64,000 bases of DNA from Kudoa neothunni (taxonomy: Eukaryota > Animalia > Cnidaria): the NCBI GenBank assembly GCA_964304625.1, contig OZ199838.1:3312440-3376439 (forward strand). Direction: 5' to 3'. Below, one piece after another: positions 51,978-64,000 of the stretch. The translations under genes were made by a program, and so were the position numbers. Position 1 is the first letter of the stretch. Every line of letters begins with the position of its first letter. A model generated the notes under the pieces. The model was not told the origin of the DNA. It saw only the letters and a program-made list of their open reading frames with translations, and ran no database searches.

Positions 51978-53556
51978 CAGAAAATAATGAAAACAGTGAC
52001 TTCAGATTGAATGTGTTCTGTCAAATGTGACTCAAACAATATCACTATTTTTGATGTGACCAATGACGGATTATTATTTCTAATCTAAGGTTTGTAACGC
52101 TTACCCTTTCGATTAAAAAACAATCGTTTCAACAGTTGCGTGAAATAACGGAATTAACTGGATTATTGTTCGAATGGAGTTGGGATCATTCGTACCAGCG
52201 TAAAACACGACAATGTTGTATATTTTGTCAGTGACATTAATAATAAATATTCCTTAGTTTCGCTTTGTATTCACACAAAACACTCATGGTGAACCTCAAC
52301 AATAAACAAAAGAATTAAAACTTTCGTATCAAATCGTCAATTATTATTTTTGTTGTTGTTAAAATATGCTTATGGCGCCAATTTTGATATATTTCTATAA
52401 CAGTAAATACGAACCTCATATCTACGTGGCATTTAATTTTTGTGTGTTATTGTGTTCATATTGGAACTCAAAGTTCCCAGTGAGTAGGATTAACTGATTT
52501 TGATAACGAATGGTCGTTCTTTTTTTAAATTATGATAAGATTCTAACAGCTGAACAATTTTTAAAGTTAATTCATTGTTTAATCATTAATTTAATACGAT
52601 TTAACAATTTATTGTTTGACAATTATTATCTTCCCATAGGTGTGATAAGTTACTAATTTATTAAGCATAAAATAAATTTAAAAAAAATTTCACCCTCTAT
52701 GATCGAAATAATCTTTAAATGGAATTTCTATCAATAACAATCTTTATTACAAACAAACAAACAAACAAACATTTATCTTTGCAGCACCTAATACACACTA
52801 TTAGACTATTAGGGGAAATGTGTGGTCGAAAAATTATAGTTCTAATAATTCCTAGAGAAAATTCCTCATAATGAGTAACTGAATTATAGATTAACCGGAA
52901 TGATCAAGATCACTCATTTTTTTCTCTGAGATAGTTGTTAATGTTAATCTTATAGGTTTTTATATAAAATAACGCGTGCGTGATATGAAGTAAACTCAGG
53001 GCTGTTAGCGGGGTTTTAAAAAAAAAGCTAGTTTAAGTAAAAAAAATAATATTACTTTATCTATCAGTTTTTAATCCTCTCCAGATTTTATTATTACGTC
53101 TGTAGATATTAAATTTGGATCAATATACTCACAATTAATTATTTCAAAGATCAAGCTATATTGTGCAATCATGTCACGTTAAATAACCTCAAATGCTGTA
53201 GTTCAATATTGTAATATTGAAAACCCGCATGATTTACTCTGAATAGGATGAGTTATTGAAAATATAAGTTGTAGTACCGCTAATTAAAAAAATTGGTGTA
53301 AATATTCGATGTTTACAGGTATTCATTAAAAACTCAAGATTTCGTAAAAAATGAAAATTCCCCAAGGTGCCCGTCATCAAAAAATCAGGATCTTTATAAC
53401 TAATATATTATGTTAAGTTATTTCAAGTGTAAAAATAAAATTAAAGATATTCGAAAAACATGGGATTCAAAGGGAATTTATTTTATTTCGGAAGGGTTTT
53501 AGTTATAAAAATTTACAGAAACCGTAAATATCATGAACTCACCCAAAATAGATTAA

Positions 53557-55339
53557 CCCTCCTACACACATTGGGGGTCACTTTTGACCCCCACACCTTA
53601 TTGCAAAATCTATGATAATTACTCTCTTAATTCTGCGTGTAATACTAAACACAATGATTAAATATTCATTTAATTTTAAGAATAAGTAAAATAATTTTGA
53701 AGAAGAGATAAATCTATGAGTCTTTAGTGCGTCACGTGATCATATAGATTCAAAATCAGCTGAACGTTAGTCTGTTTTAGAGATGGAAAGAGATGAACAC
53801 GAAATTCTATTGGATGACACTGATTCTGAGTTTAGCTACTATTTAATAGACAATCCTACACCCGATTATGATGATTTGTATGATGGAGCAGAATTTGGCA
53901 CTGAATTGATTGCCACGTTGACTTCGAAAGATGGAGAAAAGTAGTCTAAACATCCAACAAGATACCAACGAAGAACTGAAGCGGAAAATATTTTTAAATG
54001 CCAACCAGGTTTCAAACCACATGTGCTAAAACGATCGGATACCCCACTCATGGCATTTTTGAACTTTTTTGACAACGAGATCCTTGATTTGATTGTTGAA
54101 TGTACGAATCATTGTATAAAAAACCATCGATCAAAATTAACTATGATTATCAAAGATGATCTAATGAAATATATTGGTGGATGTATAATGATTGGTTTAA
54201 TGAAGGGTAAAAATATGGATATTCGTGAATTCTGGTCATCAAAGTATGGTCAACCTACAATAAATCAGTCAATCTCCATTAATTTATTTGAAAAAATATC
54301 TTCGTGTATGCGGTTTGATAAAAGAGAATCCAGAATACAAGATGACAAATTGGCTCCAATAAGAGAAGTTTTTGAGTACTTTATTGGAGATTGTCGAAAA
54401 AATTATACACCATATGAACAAATGACGGTTGATGAGCAACTGGTGACATTTAGAGGGAGATGTGGTTTCAAAATGTACATTCCAAATAAACCCGGACGGT
54501 ATGGTGTTAAAATATGGGCTTTATGCGACCCAAAGATTGCCTACCTATTCAAGGCAAAGGTATATTTTGGAGAAGATAATGGCGAAGTACAGTTTAATCA
54601 AAGGGAAAATGTTGTGAAAACTTTATGTGAGTCGATTTTTAAGTCTAGCCGAAATATCACAACAGATAATTTTTTCACTACTCTTTCCCTCGCAAGATTT
54701 CTACTTGGCCAAAAATTGACAATTGTAGGAACTATTCGAAGAAATAAAAAATTTTTGATAGATACCAGAGTTTCAAATGTCGAAAGGAAATGAAAATAAT
54801 AGTCAATTCTTGTTGTCAACACTTTACAGAGATGCGAATATTGATGAAGAAAGTCCAAAACCTGAAATTATATCTTACTATAATTCTACAAAAGGTGGAG
54901 TTGATACTCTTGATCAAGTAGTACGATATTTTTCGGTAAAAAGAAAAACACGAAGGTGGCCAATGGCTGGCTCTTTTCTATAATTTGTTAGACACCGCTG
55001 CATATAATGCCTACTTGTTGTATTGCCAAAAGCATCCTGCATTCTTGAATAAATATAGAAAGCGAGTCAGAAGAGAATTTCTAAAATTACTCGCAGACGA
55101 GCTTTTACCACCTAAAAGTCCCGAAACTGGCATTCTATCTTTGAAAAGGCCAAAAATCTCACAGAATAATGCTAGAATAATGCTAGAATGTGGTGCCAAA
55201 TCTGTATTCGTTCGAGGAGGTTGAAAACGTCAGTGCAGTGCAAATTATGCAATTAGAATTTTTTAATTTTAAAAATGTTTTCATGTGTTTATTTTTTAGT
55301 GGGGGTCAAATTGGGCCCCACTTCACTTTACCAGGAGAG
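53557..55339 (+). mobile_element. piggyBac (PGBD4-like) transposon with disrupted transposase
   Basis: TTAA|CCCTCCT left end and AGGAGAG|TAAA right end; palindromic GGGGGTCA...CCCC sub-terminal motifs at both ends. TVDEQLVTFRGRC, YIPNKPGRYGVK, TTDNFFT, GGVDTLD, RRWP. In-frame TAG at about 53942, internal deletion and frameshifts. Confidence 0.93.
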
Positions 55340-55478
55340 TAAACAAATAAAAAACAGCATAAATAATAGTAAAAAAATACAAGGAAGCAATCAAGTTAAA
55401 TTATATTCAATTAAAAAATGTAGCTCAGTACAAATGCTTTCTACATTTATAACGTTGATGATTTGGCTGTCATTAGAT

Positions 55479-58400
55479 CTAAACTTCAACATTAAGGGAC
55501 GCTGTATCAACTTCTTCCTCAGTAAGGATACTAAGGTCAACATCACTACTAGAACTGCTGATGTTCCAATGCTGTTGTGTATCAATAGGTTTATCATGCA
55601 AAACGTTCACCTATACCAGACCAGTTGGAATTTAAAAAATGCAGAATATAACAAAAAATTACATTAAAAGTTTTTGTGAAATGCCAGTTGTGATAAATAT
55701 CCGAAATTAGATGAACAGTGTATGTATAGAAACCAGGTTTAGATGGAGCTTCTCCTTGAATGAAGCATCCATATCCATCGTGGATACATTCGGTTCTATG
55801 CAACGTAGGAACGTATGTGGAATCGCCACCATCTATGGTGATATAAATCCACCAAGATTCACACACTGCAGATAGAAATAAAGGACAATGAGGTTGGATC
55901 ATGGAAGCAGTTTTCATGTGGCTTTTATGATTGATAGGCTTAATTGAGTCAGGCCAGTGAATGTCTGAATCATTGCCATCATCGACGTTGTCATCTTCGT
56001 CGTTAATTTGACAGTCGGTTGGTTGTTGGTTTTCAATTGTCTGCATAACAGTAAATTGTCAAAAGTATAACTGATCCACATTTTTACTTGATCATCAGGG
56101 GAAGGTAAGGATTTAACTGGTTTTTTCTTTTTAGTAAATTTTTTGTTTGACTTTTTAACTGGTGATTTGGTTTCAAGAGAAGTCTATTAATGGATAATTA
56201 AAGATGGAAGTAGTCGAGAAAATTTAATAAGTCAATGTAAATTCATAATACAGAATCATTATGAGATGACGAAGCTATGTTAGGATGGTGTTCAGCGGCA
56301 TCATTTTCACGCATAAAATCAAATAAACTTTTCCTTGTGAAAAGGATGTCCACATTGAAGTAAGAGTTCACCACTATTGTATTGTCTTGAGTGTCATCAT
56401 CACCTGGTGCATTTAAAAAACAGAGATCAGCTGATAGGATGTGCTATTCGAAAAATACATCTAACTCTAACACTCATCTCAACATATGGAATAGTTTCAA
56501 AGGCATATTGCACGTCCTTATGTTCTGCAGGATCCAATTCGGAAAATAACAATCTAAATTGAAAATAAGTTTACGTGGTTCTAGTACGCGTCGTTATATA
56601 CGATCTTATACTGGGGGTTAATTTGATAAAATCGTTTAAGCCTCTCACATTTTTCTTCAATGAAAATTAATATACGTTCTTAAGAAAAAATGAAATTACT
56701 TTTCTTGTCTGCAATCTAGCGATATCATCGTTGGAGATGTGAGGAATCATAAGCAGGTTGTTGTCACTGACTTGAAGGGCTTGAGTTATACAACCACATA
56801 ATTTGATACAGTTCTCCACTGTTGAGATTCTTGAGGCGTAATGTGTGCTAATATTTGGCACGATACTGTCTAAAAATGATTTCAGCGAGTATAATACAAA
56901 GCATGTCTACTTAGTTGAGCTTCATAATTTAGATAACGCCACAATGGGCTAATTTCATGAAGTATCATCCCCAACACACCACGGTATGTTTTTAGCACTT
57001 TATGCTGGTCTAAAATAAATAATTTTATATTTAACGTTTATAAAATAGTTATTAGCATAGAAAATAATAGCTAATCGATTTTAGTTTCACAGGTATTTAT
57101 TATTTAATTTTGATTAATGATAATTTTAATAAAAGAAAATTTATACAATCACGCACATATGTTTGTAAATAAACAATTAGAACTATCCATCTGGGAAAAT
57201 TTTCTCATAAAAACGCAACTTAAGCTGCAGTTAAATTTTAGGGTATCCAAAGCAACGATGAAACGCATAGAACTTAAATATTTACACGGATTCTGTTTGG
57301 ATGAAAATTAACAAAAAATTGTAACCAACAAAAAATTTTTTACATCAATATTAACAAAATCTACGAATGAAAATAATACAGCAGAACCTAACAATAGTTT
57401 ATTTGTTGTTTTTATCAAATTTTAAACTGACTTCGATGCGTTTTAATCGATATAAATATAGACATTGGCTATTGCAACGGATGGGAATATCTATTACAAT
57501 AACGCTCGTATCAAACTTTTAATTTCATAAATACATGTAACAATAAATGATTATTATATAAATTGGCCAAGTAAGCAATCATTGTTTAATATTTTTCTTC
57601 GATAAATTCATATTTAAGTTAATATATAAGTGATTTTAAGACAAGAAGTGTCGAAATATATACGATATATTAATTAAGAACACGTGAGGTTGTGTTAATG
57701 TGGTTCGCTTGCAACAGTTATTGTGAACAAACTACTTTACAAAGTAATTTCAATTTAAATTGGTACTAATTTTACGTTTATATGGTGGTTCAATTTTTAT
57801 AATGGGCTTTGTTGATAAAGATCATCATTTGTCGTTTGAACATTAATGCTAATTATTTGATTTATTCTAGAAAGATCTTTTCTGTCATCAAATATATACA
57901 GGATAATTTCCCAACTAATAATAACGTCAAATCTAGTCACATTGCGAAATCACAAGAAATATCCAAAGATAAATTAAAACCTTATTGAAAGCGCCTATAA
58001 AATCCGTAAGTCTATACAAACTAACATATGTCAGCGTCTGCAGAACATTGCAGTGAATTTATCCTTAATTTAATAACTTCTATTAAGAAAATTAAAGATA
58101 ATAATTTGTATAAAATTTTCATTTAAAATGATATTATAATTAACTTTAAGTACAAAATATAACCAAAGAGAATAACTCGAAATACGGTAATCAGGTATAA
58201 AATAACGATCCAAATGAAAGAACAAATGGTATAAATATAATTGTAATTTGTTCAAATGAATAATAGATATCAAACTTAAAGCAAATGGAAAAACACGAGT
58301 TAATGAAATTTCTGAAGCATCCTCAGCCAAGCTATTTGCTAATGGCTCGTCTTAAGACTTGCATGATATGCAAAATCACCAGCAGATAGATGATAGATGT

Positions 58401-61400
58401 GCGCGAAATCGAGGATAATTTCAATAGATAAATAATCATACAGAATTTTTTTATTAATTTTATACAGATTTCAAATTTTCATCTAAAATAAGAACAGTAG
58501 GGCGACCTAATGGTTTTGATCTAACCGTCATTAGATTGCCTAAAAAGCGAAGATGAGCTTTTTAAATCTATACAAAGTATACAAACTATAGAATATTCTA
58601 CGAAATGTATATCACAATAATATTTCCATTATATAATTATTTCCTTTTCATTATTTAGAGCAGGGAAACAAGTTAAAAGTTAAAAATCACAATTATTTGT
58701 TATTTGACTATCTTTGATCAAGAAATTATGATAGAATAGGCAGAAAAAAATATGGAACAAAATAGGGCATTTTCATATGCGCACCACCAACTCTTTTGGT
58801 AAGTTCAACTTTTCTTGTAATTTCTTATAAAAATTACACGACTTACGATCAGTGTAATTTAGAAACCAATACAGACGTAAATTATTTAAGAAAGGTACAG
58901 CTTAATTCCTGTATAATCGACCAATTTATTAAATAATAATTCATTTATTGTTATATATATTTATGAAATTAAAATTTTAATACGAGGGTTATTGTAATAG
59001 ATATTCACATCCTTTGCAACAGCCGGTGCCATAGATATATATATATATATATATATATAGTAGAGCGGTATTTCCCCTGGTACGAAGTGAAAAAATTTTG
59101 GTGGGACGCGGAAAATCCGGAGTCTCAAACTATTCTCTCATTTAGAATCGCAAACCCCCCTTTTTTTATTAGAACTAATACTTTATTGATTAATTTTGTA
59201 TTTATATTATTTAATTTCCGTTTATTAGCCCCATATACACGAAAGTTCTTCCTCATTAATTTTGGATTACCACGAGTTTCATTATGTCATTAGCCGTTGT
59301 TTTGGAAAGACAAAGACCTAAAGTTGTTATTTTTTAAGCTCCATCGATAAATAAAGTTAGATTCGACCGAATACAATTTAATTTTAATATGGTAGGTAGT
59401 TTAATTCAAAATTCTCCAGAGTTTAGGTAAAAAAATCGAAACTTTTGTAAGAGTTGATCACGTAATTTATTTTAAAGAAAAAGTGAGGTGTGATAGAACA
59501 AAATATAGAAATTGATAAGTGGTATTAATTTATAAATGCATGTTGTCTAATTCCTTGGTGAAGCCGAATAAATTTCAAAAATAACACATTTTAGTTTTTT
59601 AAAGAAAGTCATGTGTTTTATTTGTTTGCAACCTATTTAACCTTCTAAATAAATGGGATAGATTTCTATCCCAAGTGTATTTTGCCAACGATATTATAAT
59701 ATTATAGCGTATTCATGAAACCTAACTCCATTCCGGGTTGTATATTCTTCGATCTATATGCAAGCTTTCCGAAAAACGTATCGGAATTATTTTTTTCCAT
59801 ATATCGAAAAAGTTAGTTATTGTTAAAATATCCTCTAAATAAAATTGTTTAAAATGTCGCTTATAAAAATGTAAGGAAATTCTATCGAGTAAATAATTAA
59901 TAAATAAATAAATAACTGGAAACTATACATGTTATGTCCCACCAATGTGTGTGCAACATCGATATAAATATATCATCCTATCCTGAGCACAGAGATAACT
60001 CCTAATACTCTGACAATTCTTATCTTAGTTATTAAAAATACGATGACTCTTCATCAATGCACTAACTAAGTTTTGTGCGGTATCAAACATTTATAAACAT
60101 ATTGATCATTGATTTATTCAAAAGTTGTTCGATGAATTTTTTTTATATTTTGTCAGTCAACGCCGACTTGTATTTGAGACGGTTTTTTTAATAAAAACGT
60201 TGGGTAGATTTCTACTCCATTTTAATTCAGGAGGGTATAAATTATTCAGCTACATAGAAGGTTAATACATATGGGGATTCGCAAGACAATTAATTAAGGC
60301 TTGTTAGTAAATCCGCGATTCCAAAAAGTTTGCAAACCATTACACTGAATGTATTGAGTAGTGATTTATAATAGCTTAATAAAATTCAAACTCCAATTTA
60401 CTACATTATATTGAGAATTTACTGGAAATATTTTACGAAAAATTAACTAAATATGTTAATATTAACCTTCCGAGCGTCTCAAAATCGACAATACACTCCA
60501 TACACTCCTTCTTTTGGGGTTAAGATGACCCAGATATTTTTTCCCTATAATAGTGTAATCAAATATTTTATGAGGTTTCATTTGATTTAAACTTAAATCT
60601 AATAACTAACTATGGAGTAATGACTAAAAATAATGCCTAAACCAATAAATTGTGTATATAAATCATTATTTGACTAATTTAAGTTGTATGACCATTCCTA
60701 TTGATGAAGTTTCAATTATTTGATAAAATTAGAGTAAATTATATTTTTGAGAGTTAAAAAAATAAATCGTCTATAAAGAAAAATGAGGATTTTAATGAAT
60801 TTTTTTGAAACCGAATAATTGATTCATATGGAGAATTTTGAGTGGTTTCATAATATAATTGTCTATCGGAACTGAATGTTATTATTGTTTTGTCTCGGAC
60901 GTAGTCAAACGGATAACGTCTTTTCTACTAGAACGAGGATCGTTAGTCGCACCGTTTTGTTCAACTTATTTAATGTTATCTCGATTATAATTTTTAACTA
61001 GACTATCAGCTAACTGTTCTAAAAATTTGAATCTGAAAAAATATTCTTGTGAATGTGTTGATTAAGCTAATATCAACGATATTGTAGAAAACAACCGTTG
61101 GTCATCGATTTGTGTACCCTTTGACATTTGTCGAAGATATAATCCTGCCAACTGTGTCTACACCATCGTTGTATTGACTATAATGGAGTATAACTTCTAG
61201 TTTCTGTTATTCCAGGCTTTTCAATCGACCTTTTATCTCCAGTTTAATCAACATGGCAATTTTCAGCAATTTCGTCATCATACAAATCCGAGTCGGATGT
61301 AAAATTAAATTTTTGAATTTCACCGATTTCAATATCATAATTTGACAATAAATAGTGGTCAAAATCGATTATCGTTAAAAATTTACCTCGTCGAAGTTTG

Positions 61401-63297
61401 TCGATCAACGTCGGAATTAAAATTTTTAGTTTTTCTCTGTTTTTATTTAACAAAATTTCAATTCCAATTAAAAAATCGTTAAAAATATTTAATCTATAGT
61501 TTGGAAACGTATAAAATAGTTTTTTGAGAGAAATGACTGGGCTTATATCGACCCTAAAAGAGGGAGAATGTGAGTAGTTTTTTCGCAAAGCTCATAAAAT
61601 ATACAAATAACATTCAGTACCCCTACTTTAGAGAGAATAAGAATTTTTAGGAGAATAGCCGATGTTTTAAGTATAAATTAGTCGTCTAAGTTGGTTTAAA
61701 CCACTCACTTTAATTACTGAGATTAAAAACCAAGCAACGCCATCTAAAACTAAAACAAAATTTGTTCCAAATCAATCAAATTATATCGCGCAAATACCTT
61801 TAAATTATTTAAAAAGTTATTAAATATTGTAAGCGAGGTAAGGATGCTCATACGTGAATAAAGTGTGGTATTTAGGAGAGATATTCGGCAGACATGCGCA
61901 CACAGCAATGCCCGAGCTTCTATTGAATAGGTTGTATTGAAAGGTGCTGGACGAGTGATTTCTTTTGTCATCTGTAATTTTACTAACAGCTAAAGTTAAA
62001 TAATCTTATTGTTATCGCAACACCTGTTGGATTTACATGTTTGATAATATGAAATGAATTGAAATGTGCAGCGCGACGATTCAAATTGTCCGGATCGAAT
62101 ATGGGACATGCAGATATAATTATAGAAAGCCCTACAAAAACCAATTCAATCAATACAATAGTAGAGTATAAATAACGTTTGACTGGGATGAACGGATTCT
62201 CTTTGAAAAACCTGTAGAAAAGCCCCACAATAGGCTCTCCAGTTTTTACTTCTGGTTTCCCGGGAAAGCACCATCTCCACAATAGATACTAAACAATTAT
62301 TGAAATGTGAATGTTGCTATTGTGGATGATAGTATGAGAAATAATTGAGGTTTTCAAATCGTTACCATAGATCCTGGTATTCCAATAAGAACACACAAAT
62401 AATACAGAACAATTATCTTCAACAATAAAACAGGTTAAAAAAATAACACAATACACACATTTAATATTACAGTGGGTGGGGTTTTATCGCTTAACAACCA
62501 AATCGGTAATGCAATTCCGTATTTGTGTTGAGTGGGTCCGTCCAAATTACCATATCTTTCCCATTTTTCTCGACTCGAATCGTCAGTCAAACTATAAACA
62601 ATGTTAAATAGGAGGATAAATGTGGTATTGTTGTGGGCCAACAACAATCAGTGTTATCATTACATTTTGTAAGCATCCGATATTTCCATAAACTTTTTTG
62701 GATCTCCACCATGATCTGGATGGTTTTTGAGTAGAAGTCTTTTGTAGGCCCTTTTAACCTGTTTTAAAGTAGCTCTCTAAATATATAGTGTTGTTGTTAT
62801 AGTTGACAGTGGGCTGATTCAAACAATCCAACTTGATCAATCTCCAACACATCAAATGGATCACTAATAGATGGTGAGGTCTCTTCTATGGGGATGCTTC
62901 GTATTTTTATGATGATCAATGCCAAAATCACATAACCACACAATAACAGTCCAAGTCTATTATAATTAAAGTAAACTACAACAATAAATAACAGCTCACC
63001 TAGTGACAATGTAGTAGGGATCTCTTGCTATCATTTCAACTCGATCGTCTTTTAATTTACATTGTCTGCATCTGCATCTTATGCTGAATCTGTTTCTATC
63101 GTTTTCCTCTAACAATTACATGGTAGAGCCCAATTATCATGCTGTCCAACAGAATCGAAAATCCTAAATGAGATACTTTTCTTTTTGTAAAATGACCATG
63201 AGTACGCAAACGATAAAATAGATAGAATGAGACCATATGTGAACCCGGCGAAAAGCCATATGTCTCTCGATGAAGCGTCACTCGAGTATTGGACCAT
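55479..63297 (-). CDS. SEC63: Translocation protein SEC63 homolog, multi-exon
   Basis: N-terminal TMs; J domain DPFDVLEID..HPDHGGD..LTDDSSREKWERYGNLDGP..GIALPIW; Brl domain YSIEARALLCAH, ENCIKL..QAL..LLMIPHI, ESWWIYI, APSKPGFYTYTVHLISDIY; stop at 55479-55481. Intron 57010-61853 is 4844 bp. Confidence 0.95.
59036..59059. repeat. (TA)n microsatellite in the SEC63 intron
   Basis: Uninterrupted TA run. Confidence 0.9.
59641..60235. mobile_element. piggyBac-derived MITE or deletion derivative in the SEC63 intron
   Basis: TTAA|CCTTCTAAATAAATGGGATAGATTTCTATCCCAA left end; right end revcomp CCCTCCTGAATTAAAATGGAGTAGAAATCTACCCAA. The same left end recurs at 63962. Confidence 0.7.
60466..61600 (-). 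mobile_element. Decayed piggyBac element in the SEC63 intron
   Basis: TTAA|CCTTCCGAGCG end; inverted sub-terminal block CTGGG..ACCC.AAAAGA.GGAG at about 60500-60533 and 61537-61570; minus-strand remnant DGVDTVGRIISSTNVKGYTNR*PTVVFYNIVDISLIN. Confidence 0.7.
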
Positions 63298-63961
63298 TTT
63301 AGATTTTTGCCTAACGCATGCGTGACGCTGACTTCAAAATTAGCTGACGCGTTAGGCGTATTAAATGGTTACACCTTGTGTGTTTGTAATTATAAGTCTG
63401 GCGTCGATTAAACCGAAAATGTATGTTGGTCTCGATAATTTCCAATCAGGTGTTGAGTACTGCGCAGGAAAAACCATAAGAACAAAAGAGTGATAGCTAA
63501 TATAACTAAATCTAAATCTAAAGCTAATGTGGGTTATTCTAAGTTATGATGATCATAACATAGGAGGTGAAAATTAAACAAAACTTTTCAACCAATTGCA
63601 TTATGTTATATATAACTTGATTATAATATATATGCGTATGTATATAATTGGGGTGAACAAGATTGGAGTTGTTTCTAAATCTTGGATATTTACAGGTGAC
63701 TAACACCCACATTTCGATTTTATAATCAGGGAGTGCCAACATATTTACAAACAGACTTTGATAATAGGATGGCGAAATCATGTTAGCGTATTGACTATTG
63801 ACACTGAGGCAATTGTAGCATGATCAGCAAGTACCGTGGACTTTATTGGTCGAATGACTTAACATCTCAAGCAGCACAGGTGTTTTGCTGCATATTAATA
63901 AATATTTTTTAATTCAAATTTCAAAAAATCGACTACTATCGAGAGATAGTTTGGTCTTTAT

Positions 63962-64000
63962 CCTTCTAAATAAAATGAGGTAGATTTCTACCCCAAGTGA
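63962..64000. mobile_element. Left end of a second copy of the 59641 piggyBac-type MITE (cut by the window end)
   Basis: CCTTCTAAATAAAATGAGGTAGATTTCTACCCCAAGTG closely matches 59641-59678. Confidence 0.6.

Noticed and set aside
55391-55597. 68-aa minus-strand ORF as the SEC63 terminus or a separate gene
   Set aside because: A different frame (VNVLHDKPIDTQQHWNISSSSSD...EV*) matches the SEC63 C-terminus after splicing.
63365-63880. Possible plus-strand multi-exon gene divergent from SEC63 (fragment MISKYRGLYWSNDLTSQAAQ)
   Set aside because: Exon phases could not be reconciled and the window ends before any supporting domain.
1-64000. CRISPR arrays, rRNA, operons, prokaryotic defence systems
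   Set aside because: No regularly spaced repeats or prokaryotic gene organisation; all genes are spliceosomal-intron eukaryotic genes or eukaryotic transposons.

Overview
AT-rich eukaryotic, most likely animal, genomic DNA with very short GT-AG introns (typically 39-72 bp), so the ORF track fragments or misses most host genes. Such tiny introns suggest a compact or parasitic invertebrate genome; this is inference and I cannot name the taxon. Host genes recognised from family motifs: a POT1-like C-terminal OB fold, BUD13, C7orf25/UPF0415, an endophilin-B-like N-BAR gene with several frame breaks and no visible SH3, DHRS7B-like SDR, and SEC63 with one 4.8 kb transposon-filled intron. Genes I reconstructed by hand: (1) an 866-aa, 10-exon type I membrane protein built from Cys-containing FN3-like modules, flanked by two same-orientation Helitrons; (2) two diverged tandem paralogues of a 7-exon, 4-TM LAPTM-like protein with PPxY tails, almost absent from the ORF track; (3) a strongly divergent cytochrome c-like protein (CKCCH). 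Mobile DNA: an intact 3.9 kb Ty3/gypsy element with identical 117-bp LTRs whose single ORF runs from inside the 5' LTR into the 3' LTR; a decayed Ty3/gypsy with 88-bp LTRs and a -1 frameshift signal; a Buster-type hAT carrying a nested tRNA-derived SINE; a second related SINE; about seven piggyBac remnants or MITEs; a pogo-type MITE. No prokaryotic features, rRNA, intact tRNA or CRISPR were seen.
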